From assembly GCA_963796965.1 (NCBI GenBank), contig CAWCNS010000007.1, positions 128,001 to 192,000 on the forward strand: DNA of 64,000 nucleotides, in the 5' to 3' direction. The notes beneath the pieces are model-generated. The model saw only the letters and a list, made by a program, of their open reading frames with translations, made no database searches and had not been told where the DNA came from. How positions within the stretch are numbered: position 1 is the first letter of the stretch; each line of letters opens with the position of its first letter. The translations under genes were made by a program, and so were the position numbers. Positions 10,106-18,245 of the stretch are shown here, piece after piece. This stretch comes from Calditrichia bacterium (GTDB taxonomy: Bacteria; Calditrichota; Calditrichia; JAJRVZ01).

Positions 10106-10984
10106 ATGACAAATATTACAAAGGGCGCTTTGCTCTCCGGTCTCCTTTTGATCATAATGTATACCGTATGGACGGCTATGCTACAAAAACCGGAGCCCGG
10201 AAAGAAGATTAAAGTCTTTCTCCTTGCCGGACAGTCGAACATGGAGGGTCGGGCAGATGGTAATAAATTAAACCTCCAGGACCGGGAACGCCTTTCAAGA
10301 GCGCAGGAAAACGTCCAACTCGCTTTTAACAATAACCCCGTATGCCCGCTAAGGGTGGTCAAACCTTCAGGGGAAATTGCAGAGATATATAAACGAGAGC
10401 TCATCTTTGGTCCTGAATTGTTTTTTGGCATTGCGATATCCGAAGCCTGGCCGGTTGAGAATATACTGCTTATAAAACTTTCCGAAGGTGGTACTTCACT
10501 CCACGGGTGTTGGCATCCCGAATGGAGTGAAGACAAGGCTGCAGCCATGGGCGAAGAGCAGGAAACAAAACTGTATCCTGCGCTAATTGACTATGTCGAT
10601 CAAACTCTTTCAGAATATAATAAGGACGTGTATGAGATATGCGCTATGTTATGGGTCCAGGGAGAGAAGGACGCTGGAAACAAAATCGCAGCAGCAGCGT
10701 ATGGACGGAATCTTCAACAGTTCATTCGTCGTATCCGGCAAGATGTTGAGAACGACACGCTGCCATTTTTGCTTTTTCAGGTTGGCCATGGGAAAGTGGT
10801 TGAAGGAATGATACAGACTGCACAAATCGTCCCAAACGTCACGCTTATCCCACAAAGCCGGGAGCCGACGTCGGTAAACTTCTATCCGAGAATGGAAAAT
10901 GGCCATTATAACTACCAGGGTATGAAAAAACTCGGACACCGTTTCGCACAAGTTTACCTTAACTCGATTAATGATGCTAAATAA
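10106..10984 (+). CDS. Sialate O-acetylesterase / SASA (DUF303) carbohydrate esterase
   Basis: LLAGQSNMEG, FGPELFFG, WVQGEKD and a C-terminal GHY (SGNH-type). Confidence 0.85.
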   Translation: MTNITKGALLSGLLLIIMYTVWTAMLQKPEPGKKIKVFLLAGQSNMEGRADGNKLNLQDRERLSRAQENVQLAFNNNPVCPLRVVKPSGEIAEIYKRELIFGPELFFGIAISEAWPVENILLIKLSEGGTSLHGCWHPEWSEDKAAAMGEEQETKLYPALIDYVDQTLSEYNKDVYEICAMLWVQGEKDAGNKIAAAAYGRNLQQFIRRIRQDVENDTLPFLLFQVGHGKVVEGMIQTAQIVPNVTLIPQSREPTSVNFYPRMENGHYNYQGMKKLGHRFAQVYLNSINDAK

Positions 10985-11360
10985 CCCAAAAAAACTATGG
11001 GGGCATAAATTTAGAACTCTTCTATATGCGGATCTTTGAGAAATAAACGCCCTTTCCCGATTGCCCTGGAACCTAATTCTTTCTATATCGTTTAATGATA
11101 CTATATTCTCACCATCTTCTTCATGTTCTAAAAAGTTTCTCATGATCACTGTGAATACTTATTATATGTACGAACTACCACACGTTATTATAAATGTTTT
11201 GTGATAGTATTATCTATTTCAGATCTGACACTAACAAAAGTCTAATCATCGATCCTTTTTTACATAAACCATTCCTGAGGTTGATAAGTTGATTGATGCT
11301 GTCCAAAACATCCTGAGATTATGGGCATGGCATCAGGCAGTTTAACAGAGGAGGTACATT

Positions 11361-11846
11361 ATGATATTCAATATCATCATTTTGTTATTTGTTCTTTCTG
11401 TTGGGGGCTTTTCAGATAATCAGGGTAAAATAATTGGAAGGGTGGTTGACTCTGAGGACCAAAGTCCATTGGATGGGGCGATTGTTGAGGTACTACATAC
11501 AGATAAAAAAGTATTAACGGATGAGCAAGGTGAATTCGAGATAGGGGGAGTGCCGATAGGGGAGTATGATTTATTAATCAGGGCTGTCCGATACAGACCC
11601 CTGACATTAAAACGTGTTAGAGTGAATAGCGAAAGAGAAACATACCTGACGCTTAGGCCAGTAAAGTATGATCTTGAAAAGAGGCTAAAGGTCGAAGTGC
11701 CTAAATCACGTGATCTAACCATGAAATACCATATAAAAATTGTTAAACCCGGCGCGCTTAGAGACTGTAAGATATTGGTGGTTAAGCCGAATCCTGATAT
11801 CGATTATAAAATATTAATTTCAGAACCGATGAAGAAGGGTAAGTAA
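11361..11846 (+). CDS. Carboxypeptidase-regulatory-like (prealbumin-fold) domain secreted protein
   Basis: GKIIGRVVDSEDQSPLDGAIVEV...TDEQGEFEI; strong RBS GAGGAGG. Confidence 0.75.
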   Translation: MIFNIIILLFVLSVGGFSDNQGKIIGRVVDSEDQSPLDGAIVEVLHTDKKVLTDEQGEFEIGGVPIGEYDLLIRAVRYRPLTLKRVRVNSERETYLTLRPVKYDLEKRLKVEVPKSRDLTMKYHIKIVKPGALRDCKILVVKPNPDIDYKILISEPMKKGK

Positions 11847-11852
11847 TTATTG

Positions 11853-11881
11853 GTTAAGATTTTATTCTAAGGACATCGCTT
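11853..11881 (+). repeat. Second copy of the 29-bp dispersed repeat
   Basis: GTTAAGATTTTATTCTAAGGACATCGCTT, 27/29 identical to 8230-8258. Confidence 0.65.
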
Positions 11882-12051
11882 TTTTTATCCTTCTTTTCCT
11901 GGTGGTTAACGCCGATCAGGTAATAAATGGTGACATCACTATTGAGACCCTCCCTTAATCAACTCCTCTTTAACCTTTCCGGTTTTCTATCTTTATAAAA
12001 TTTTAACTGCACTATTTAAAGAATTGAAGAAAAATAAAAAATAATTAAAAG

Positions 12052-12102
12052 TATTTTGAAAGTGTTCGAAAATATATTATATTATTTCGTAAGTATTCGT
12101 AA
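12052..12102 (+). promoter_or_regulatory. Candidate DeoR operator / promoter of the BMC locus
   Basis: Two pairs of 10-bp tandem repeats (TATTTTGAAA GTGTTCGAAA; TATTTCGTAA GTATTCGTAA) flank a TATATT -10-like element just upstream of the DeoR gene. Confidence 0.5.
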
Positions 12103-12125
12103 ACCTTTTGAAGATATGTGAAAAA

Positions 12126-12896
12126 ATGATAGAACGTCACAGTAAAATACTGGAATTACTATTGTCTGGTACATCGCTCTCTGTACAAGAACTGAGTGAT
12201 AATCTTGAGGTCTCCCAGGTCACAATTCGCAGTGATCTGACACAATTAGAAAAAACGGGCCGTGTTATTCGCACACGGGGCGGGGCGATGTTGGCTGGTG
12301 AACGCGTACGTCAGGAATATTCGTTTTCAACCCGGCAGAAGATCAATGCTGGGGAGAAGTATAAGATCGGGCGATTAGCGGCTGGTCTTATCGGTACGTT
12401 TGATTCCATTTTGCTCGATTCCAGCACCACAGCTGTTGCAGTAGCGGCTGCTTTACGTGAGAGAGATGATCTGGAAGATGTAACAGTTGTGCCAACAGGA
12501 TTGTGGACTGCAATTGAAGTACTTGCTTCACCGACTATCAATGTACTCCTTGCTGGGGGGTATGTCCGGCATACAACCGGGTCGATAACAGGAATGCCTG
12601 CCAATGAGTTTCTTAAATCATTTAATTTCCAGAAGGCCTTTTTGGGGGCGGGTGGATTGTCACCTGACCAGGGTGCTTCCGATTCCCATTTATTAGAAGC
12701 GGAACTAAAAAGGTGTATTGTTGAGTATGCTGAAGAAGTAATCGTCGTCGCTGATAGTAGTAAATTTGGCAGAAAAGCCCTGGCTTCATACGCAACTTTG
12801 GACCAAATAAATAAGATAATCACAGATGGTAATGCCCCGGCTGAAATGCTGGAGGTTTTTCGCAATCAGGGAATTGAGGTTCTGATTGCAGAATAA
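12126..12896 (+). CDS. DeoR/GlpR-family transcriptional regulator
   Basis: HTH VSQVTIRSDLTQLE..G.VIRTRGGA; sensor domain LDSSTT and ADSSKFG. Confidence 0.93.
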   Translation: MIERHSKILELLLSGTSLSVQELSDNLEVSQVTIRSDLTQLEKTGRVIRTRGGAMLAGERVRQEYSFSTRQKINAGEKYKIGRLAAGLIGTFDSILLDSSTTAVAVAAALRERDDLEDVTVVPTGLWTAIEVLASPTINVLLAGGYVRHTTGSITGMPANEFLKSFNFQKAFLGAGGLSPDQGASDSHLLEAELKRCIVEYAEEVIVVADSSKFGRKALASYATLDQINKIITDGNAPAEMLEVFRNQGIEVLIAE

Positions 12897-12912
12897 AAAT
12901 TGAGGTATAATA

Positions 12913-12939
12913 GTCATCCTGAAACAAGTTCAGGATGAC
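12913..12939. repeat. REP-like palindrome GTCATCCTGAA-ACAAG-TTCAGGATGAC
   Basis: Perfect 11-bp stem; same family as 20167-20227. Confidence 0.75.
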
Positions 12940-12995
12940 GTTAATATCGAAAATAGCAAGTAGAATTTGAGAATATCCATTAATCAAAATTAAAT

Positions 12996-13664
12996 ATGAG
13001 CAATACAAACATAGTTGATATCATTGTTGATGAAGTAAAAAAAACACTTCAGACATCCTCTTTACCAGGGGCCGTTAGTGGAAAATATCCTCCTATACCC
13101 CTGGGTGTTTCCAATCGCCATATCCATCTCACCCGGGAAACCTTTTCAAAGTTATTCGGACAAAATGCTGAGTTTAAAAGCTACCGTCCACTTTATCAGC
13201 CAGGCGAGTTCGCTTCAGAACACCTTCTGACCATTATCGGATCAAAAATGCGCTCTATCCAGAACGTGCGTATCCTGGGACCATTACGTGATTATGATCA
13301 GGTTGAGCTCACATTAACCGATTCAATTTTTCTCGGTATCGATGCGCCTGTACAAAATTCTGGAAATTTAAAAGGGGCAGCGCCATTAACACTTGTGGGA
13401 CCAGCAGGATCAGTTTTCCTTCAGGAATGCGCCCTGGTGGCCAGTCGCCATATCCACATGACCAATGACCATGCCAGGCAATATGGTGTAAAAGAGGGTG
13501 ATTATTGCAGGGTTCGCATTAGTGGCTCAAAAGGTACGGTATTTGAAAATGTGCTGATTCGTATCAATGATAACTGGAAATTGCAAATCCATCTGGATAC
13601 GGATGATGCCAATGCTGCCAATGTGCGTAGTGATACTTTAGTTGAATTCATAAGTAAAATGTAG
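12996..13664 (+). CDS. pduL: PduL-type phosphotransacylase with N-terminal encapsulation peptide
   Basis: VSNRHIHL, RILGPLR, RHIHM, HLDTDDANA; N-terminal amphipathic helix NIVDIIVDEVKKTL. Confidence 0.93.
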   Translation: MSNTNIVDIIVDEVKKTLQTSSLPGAVSGKYPPIPLGVSNRHIHLTRETFSKLFGQNAEFKSYRPLYQPGEFASEHLLTIIGSKMRSIQNVRILGPLRDYDQVELTLTDSIFLGIDAPVQNSGNLKGAAPLTLVGPAGSVFLQECALVASRHIHMTNDHARQYGVKEGDYCRVRISGSKGTVFENVLIRINDNWKLQIHLDTDDANAANVRSDTLVEFISKM

Positions 13665-13670
13665 GGTGCT

Positions 13671-13958
13671 ATGAAATTTGGAAAAGTTGTCGGTCAGGTC
13701 GTCTCGACCCGTAAAGAAGAAAATATGCAAGGCTTAAAATTGTCTGTGGTTCGGTATCTTGATTATGAACTCAAGGAAACCCCGCATTCCACCGTGTGCA
13801 CGGACGCAGTAAAAGCAAAATCCGGCGATATCGTCCTGGTTTGCTCTTCCTCTTCAGCACGATTTACAAAAGTGACAAGAACAGCATGTACCGATAGCAC
13901 TATTGTTGGTGTTGTTGATACGGTTTCCAAAGGAAAGAAAGATTGGTTTCGAAAATAG
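13671..13958 (+). CDS. BMC vertex protein (BMC-P, EutN/CcmL family) 1
   Basis: GKVVGQVVSTRK, DAVKAKSGDIVL, SSSAR, DSTIVGVVD. Confidence 0.92.
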   Translation: MKFGKVVGQVVSTRKEENMQGLKLSVVRYLDYELKETPHSTVCTDAVKAKSGDIVLVCSSSSARFTKVTRTACTDSTIVGVVDTVSKGKKDWFRK

Positions 13959-14030
13959 TAACTGGTAATTAGGAATTAGGAATTTGGATTACGATATAGC
14001 GCTTCATTTTTAGGAGTTGGGTATTAAATA

Positions 14031-14327
14031 GTGGAAATAAATATTGAAAAAATAATACAGCTCGTCACAAAGCAGGTGGTGGAAGAACTACGGAGCAGTG
14101 GCGTAAAAATTACCTATAACTCAGGATCGGGAGTCAACCATCAGGCGTTGCGTACAAAAACAGAGACCATTGACATGAGTAAGTATAAAACACCTGTCCT
14201 GACTGAGAACCATATCCGCCGTTTGCATGAATTGACCGGGGAAGTAATCGTGCCAGAGGGGACTGTTATTACGCCGAAAGCAAGAGAAATGATTAAAGAT
14301 AAGAGAATAGAAATTCGTAATTCGTAA
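14031..14327 (+). CDS. Small BMC-associated protein: encapsulation-peptide-like helix plus small C-terminal domain
   Basis: N-terminal IEKIIQLVTKQVVEEL; C-terminal VLTE...VIVPEGTVITPKAREMIKD..IEI. Confidence 0.7.
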   Translation: MEINIEKIIQLVTKQVVEELRSSGVKITYNSGSGVNHQALRTKTETIDMSKYKTPVLTENHIRRLHELTGEVIVPEGTVITPKAREMIKDKRIEIRNS

Positions 14328-14387
14328 TTCGAAATTGGTGATTTGGGATTCGGAACTCGGAATTTGTAATTGGGAATTAGGGATTGA
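14312..14387. repeat. Heptamer tandem repeat (AATTCGT/AATTGGG type)
   Basis: AATTCGT AATTCGT AATTCGA AATTGGT GATTTGG GATTCGG AACTCGG AATTTGT AATTGGG AATTAGG; similar run at 13960-13994. Confidence 0.75.
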
Positions 14388-14441
14388 ATAACAAAAATAA
14401 AGAGACCAAACTTTTATACCTAAGGAAATAAAATAATATAT

Positions 14442-14525
14442 ACGCAGAATATCTAATGCACAGAAGAAGATATGAATTATAAAATTCTTTCCCTGCGGAC
14501 TCTGCGTCTTTGCGTCTCTGCGTGA
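14442..14525. repeat. CGCAGAG/CTCTGCG-family palindromic intergenic element
   Basis: Left ACGCAGA; right CTGCGGACTCTGCGTCTTTGCGTCTCTGCGTGA. Confidence 0.65.
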
Positions 14526-14589
14526 AAATAGAAGTCTGGTTTATTTGAAATAATACAGTAAAACTAAAAGTAAATAAAGGAGTGATCTA

Positions 14590-14868
14590 ATGGCAAAACA
14601 TGCATTAGGATTTGTAGAAACACGTGGTAATACCGGTAGCCTTCTGGCTATTGATGCCATGATTAAAACCGCTGGTGTTGAATTGGTGAAAAAAGTAGAG
14701 ATCGGTGGTGGTTACGTAACTGCTATCGTACGTGGAGAAGTTGGCGCTGTCAAATCATCTATTGAGGCCGGTGCCGAATCTGCGGCAAGGGTAGGCGAGT
14801 TGGTTTGTACAAATGTCATTCCATCAGCACATGATGATGTTTTTGGTTTAATTGGAATAAAAAAGTAA
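14590..14868 (+). CDS. BMC hexamer shell protein (BMC-H) 1
   Basis: ALGFVETRG, AIDAMIKTA, pore loop EIGGG, VRGEVGAV. Confidence 0.95.
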   Translation: MAKHALGFVETRGNTGSLLAIDAMIKTAGVELVKKVEIGGGYVTAIVRGEVGAVKSSIEAGAESAARVGELVCTNVIPSAHDDVFGLIGIKK

Positions 14869-14883
14869 GTGGAGGATAAATCA

Positions 14884-15174
14884 ATGCAAGAAGCATTAGG
14901 AGTAATTGAAACATTGGGATTTTCAACAGCAATCGAAGCGGCCGATGCATGTGTAAAAGCAGCTAATGTCCGCCTTGGTGAGTGGCTCAAAGTGGGTGGC
15001 GGTAAAGTAAATATTATTTTGAGAGGTGATGTGGCAGCTGTAAAGGCAGCGGTGGAAGCCGGTGTGGCCTCTGCCAGCCAGGTAGGAGAAGTGAAGGGAG
15101 AGACTATTATTCCCAGACCGTCTCCAAAACTTTCACCTACATTTCCGATTGATATAAAAAAAGCAACCAAATAA
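14884..15174 (+). CDS. BMC hexamer shell protein (BMC-H) 2
   Basis: EALGVIETLG, AADACVKAANV, pore loop KVGGG, RGDVAAVKAAV, IIPRP; RBS GGAGG before the ATG at 14884. Confidence 0.95.
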   Translation: MQEALGVIETLGFSTAIEAADACVKAANVRLGEWLKVGGGKVNIILRGDVAAVKAAVEAGVASASQVGEVKGETIIPRPSPKLSPTFPIDIKKATK

Positions 15175-15192
15175 TAAACGATAGAGGTTAAT

Positions 15193-16623
15193 GTGGATCT
15201 GTCAAATACTCAGATACAAGATATCGTAGAACGTGTGGTAAAAGACATCTTGTCTGATGATATACCTTCTGGTGTCACACCTGAAAAAAAGGGTAAAGGT
15301 AACTGGGGCGTTTTCAATTGTATGCATGAAGCCATTGCCGCAGCACACGATGCCTATTTAGAATATAGCGACAGATGTGATATCCAATGCCGCAAAAAGT
15401 TTACCGATGCCGTACGGCAAATGACGCTTGATCATAAAGAAGAGTTTTCCCGTATGACTGTTGAAGAGACAAAAATGGGCAGGGTAGAGCACAAAATTCT
15501 AAAACATATCAATACGGCTAAGAATAGTCCCGGTGTAGAATTTCTTAAACCGGAAGCCTGGTCAGGAAAAAACGGTTTGGCTTTGGATGAATGGTCACCT
15601 TATGGCGTTATTGGTAATATTTCACCCAGCACACATCCCGGTCCGACAATGATTAATAATATTATCATACAATTGGCAGCGGGAAATACGATAGCTTTCA
15701 ATCCACATCCTTCGGCTAAAAAATTAAATGCCCATGTAATCCAGCTGGCAAACAAATATATGGTTGAAGCCGGTGCACCTGAAAATCTGGTTACCTGTGT
15801 GGCCGAGCCGACATTAGAGACGGCAGAAATATTGTTTTCTCATCCTGATGTGGAATTGCTATCAGTAACGGGCGGTCCGTTTATGGTAGATATGGCGATG
15901 AAATACCCAAAAAAGATCATTGCTGCCGGCCCTGGGAATCCCCCCGTATTGGTTGATGAAACAGCCGACCTAAAATTAGCTGCGGAGGAGATAACCCTAA
16001 GTTCAAGTTATGATAACAATATTTTATGCATTGCTGAAAAAGAGATTTTTGTCGTTGAGAGTGTTTTTGAAGATTTTATGAAAGCATTTGAGGCTGCGGG
16101 AAATGTCCGGCTATCCCCGCAGCAAATGAATCAGCTGACTGATAAGGCGTTAACTTTGGAGGGTAAGCATTATCTGATTCATCGCGATTATGTGGGTCGG
16201 AATGCAAATGTACTTGCAAAGGCAATTGGTTTGAACCTTTCTGAGAAGGTCCCTCTTCTTTTTGGAGAAACAGAAAGGAACCATCCCTGGGTTGTGGCGG
16301 AACAGATGACTTCATGTATTCCCGTTGTTAAAGTGAGAAACTTTGAAGATGGTTTGCTGGCAGCACAAAAAGCAGAGCATCGGTTTAAGCATACAGCAAG
16401 TATATTTACAAATGATATGAAGCGGGCTACAAAATACACGAAGGCGTTAGACTGTGATATTCATGTGATTAATGGCGGGACGCTACGTGGAGATGGCGGA
16501 GATTTAGGTGAAGGCTATTTTTCCCATACGGTTGCAACGCCAACCGGTGAGGGGATTTGCACCCCATTGGATTTTTGTCGTAAGCGCCGGATCATGATCT
16601 CGGGTTCCATGCGCTTCGCCTAA
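15193..16623 (+). CDS. CoA-acylating aldehyde dehydrogenase (PduP/EutE type) with encapsulation peptide
   Basis: PYGVIG..SPSTHP, AGPGNPP, catalytic DNNILCIAEKE, TPTGEG; N-terminal QIQDIVERVVKDIL. Confidence 0.93.
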   Translation: MDLSNTQIQDIVERVVKDILSDDIPSGVTPEKKGKGNWGVFNCMHEAIAAAHDAYLEYSDRCDIQCRKKFTDAVRQMTLDHKEEFSRMTVEETKMGRVEHKILKHINTAKNSPGVEFLKPEAWSGKNGLALDEWSPYGVIGNISPSTHPGPTMINNIIIQLAAGNTIAFNPHPSAKKLNAHVIQLANKYMVEAGAPENLVTCVAEPTLETAEILFSHPDVELLSVTGGPFMVDMAMKYPKKIIAAGPGNPPVLVDETADLKLAAEEITLSSSYDNNILCIAEKEIFVVESVFEDFMKAFEAAGNVRLSPQQMNQLTDKALTLEGKHYLIHRDYVGRNANVLAKAIGLNLSEKVPLLFGETERNHPWVVAEQMTSCIPVVKVRNFEDGLLAAQKAEHRFKHTASIFTNDMKRATKYTKALDCDIHVINGGTLRGDGGDLGEGYFSHTVATPTGEGICTPLDFCRKRRIMISGSMRFA

Positions 16624-16634
16624 GTGGATGTATG

Positions 16635-16806
16635 TCTCGCGCAGCGGCGCTACGACGCAACTCTTAGAAAAAAAGACAAAATAAATAAGAAAATAATGAA
16701 ATATGCAGTCCATGTATATAATAAGTCTTTTTAATTAATTTGTGAATTTCGTATAAATCTGTGTAATTAGTCAAAATAATCGTTGCGGCGTTGCGTCGCT
16801 GCGAGA
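16635..16806. repeat. Palindromic MITE/REP-like element
   Basis: TCTCGCGCAGCGGCGCTACGACGCAAC ... GTTGCGGCGTTGCGTCGCTGCGAGA inverted ends around an AT-rich core. Confidence 0.75.
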
Positions 16807-16845
16807 ACATGACTAATCAATTAAGAAAACTTTTAGGAGATAGAA

Positions 16846-17121
16846 ATGGCTGAAGTGAAAGCAATAGGTATTTTAGAAACCAACGGTTTTGCCCCTCTGA
16901 TTGAAGGAGCAGATGCTGCCGTTAAAGCAGCAAGTGTCGATGTCGTGGAGTGGCGCCAGGTGGGTAGTGGATATGTTTCCTTCGTGGTTGAAGGAGAAGT
17001 GTCCGCCGTGCGGTCTGCAATTGATGCGGCCAAAGAATCAGCGGCAAAAGTTGGCGAAGTTGTATCTGATCTTGTTATCCCCAGACCGGTTGATGAACTA
17101 AAAACGACTTTTAATAATTAA
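16846..17121 (+). CDS. BMC hexamer shell protein (BMC-H) 3
   Basis: AIGILETNG, ADAAVKAASV, pore loop QVGSG, EGEVSAV, VIPRP. Confidence 0.95.
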   Translation: MAEVKAIGILETNGFAPLIEGADAAVKAASVDVVEWRQVGSGYVSFVVEGEVSAVRSAIDAAKESAAKVGEVVSDLVIPRPVDELKTTFNN

Positions 17122-17135
17122 TCTTAGAGGAAATT

Positions 17136-17411
17136 ATGATATTCGCCAAAGTTGTTGGCACTGTCGTATCAAGCCAAAAAGATGAGAATCTGAGAGGGAA
17201 GAAGTTGCTTCTTTGTAAGGAAGTGGATTATTCCGGTAATCCCATTGGTTCGTATCATGTGGCTGTCGACGCAGTGAAGGCTGGAGAGGGGTCATTTGTC
17301 CTGCTGAGCTATGGATCTTCTGCACGTATGACCGAAGTAACACAAAAGGCGCCCATCGATGCGGTGGTAATGGCTATTGTCGATGATCTGCAGATTACCG
17401 AAAAGATTTAA
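17136..17411 (+). CDS. BMC-P vertex protein 2
   Basis: AKVVGTVVSSQK, AVDAVKAGEG, GSSAR, PIDAVVMAIVD. Confidence 0.93.
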   Translation: MIFAKVVGTVVSSQKDENLRGKKLLLCKEVDYSGNPIGSYHVAVDAVKAGEGSFVLLSYGSSARMTEVTQKAPIDAVVMAIVDDLQITEKI

Positions 17412-17447
17412 CGGGTAGGCTGGTTCGCCTATTAATGAAGAGGAAGT

Positions 17448-17711
17448 ATGAAAACAGGTAAGATAATCGGAAATGTTTGGTCAGATAAAAAAGTCCCCCA
17501 GTTAAAAGGGTGCCGGTTACATATTGTTCACCCAGTAAACAGTTCCGGTGAGAAGGTCGACAGACCCCTTGTTGTTGCGGATCCTTGTAATTTGGCCGGT
17601 TCCGGTGATCTGGTTGTTTATGTGACAGGTACAGATGCCGCGCAAGCTTTTCCAGGAGGCAGAGCACCCGTCAATGCTTCTGTTGTCAAATTAGTAGATT
17701 CTATTGATTAA
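17448..17711 (+). CDS. BMC-P vertex protein 3
   Basis: GKIIGNVWSDKK, AGSGDLV, APVNASVVKLVD. Confidence 0.9.
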   Translation: MKTGKIIGNVWSDKKVPQLKGCRLHIVHPVNSSGEKVDRPLVVADPCNLAGSGDLVVYVTGTDAAQAFPGGRAPVNASVVKLVDSID

Positions 17712-17720
17712 GGATTTGTT

Positions 17721-17996
17721 ATGTTCTTAGCACGCGTAAAAAAGATTATCACCTCTACAGCCAAACACCCCGCATATAATAGCAAACGGGTCTTTGTTGT
17801 TCAGCGTGTATCCCCTGATGGGACGGAAAATGGTGCAGAAGAAGTAGCCATTGATTATGTGGGATCGGGAATTGATGATATTGTTGTCTGTGGAGGGGCC
17901 CCGGGTGTAGCGCAGGAAATCTTTGACTTGAAAGAGGCGCCTATCAGGACTTTGATAATGGCAATTGTGGATAAAATTGATTACAAGCACGATTAA
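17721..17996 (+). CDS. BMC-P vertex protein 4
   Basis: MFLARV....STAKH, VAIDYVGSG.DDIV, APIRTLIMAIVD. Confidence 0.9.
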   Translation: MFLARVKKIITSTAKHPAYNSKRVFVVQRVSPDGTENGAEEVAIDYVGSGIDDIVVCGGAPGVAQEIFDLKEAPIRTLIMAIVDKIDYKHD

Positions 17997-18016
17997 AATA
18001 TGTGTGGAAAATGATT

Positions 18017-18177
18017 TCTCGCAGAGACGCAGAGTAACACAATGCTTAGTACAAAATAGCTAATACAAAAGACAAAATATATGGACTACATCTTAGTATA
18101 GTTATAATAAAAATATTATTTATTTTGTATCTTGTATTTTTTATTTATTTCCCCTGCGTCTTGGCGTCTCTGCGAGA
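18017..18177. repeat. Palindromic MITE/REP-like element with nested heptamer inverted repeats
   Basis: TCTCGCAGAGACGCAGAG ... CTGCGTCTTGGCGTCTCTGCGAGA; internal AATACAAAAGACAAAATA / TATTTTGTATCTTGTATT. Confidence 0.75.
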
Positions 18178-18245
18178 GATATTCGGTTGAAGTTTAGTGG
18201 AATTCTTAATATTTCAAAGTAAAGTGCAGAAAAAAAATTAAAGAT

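Noticed and set aside
11280..11350. Possible riboswitch hairpin (TGATGCTGTCC...GGGCATGGCATCA) upstream of the 11361 ORF
   Set aside because: The stem is plausible, but I cannot match it to any known riboswitch consensus. An Rfam/Infernal search would be needed.
10066..15170. Long antisense ORFs (10066-10548, 10649-11149, 12311-12865, 14712-15170)
   Set aside because: They are shadows of well-supported plus-strand genes and have no recognisable motifs.
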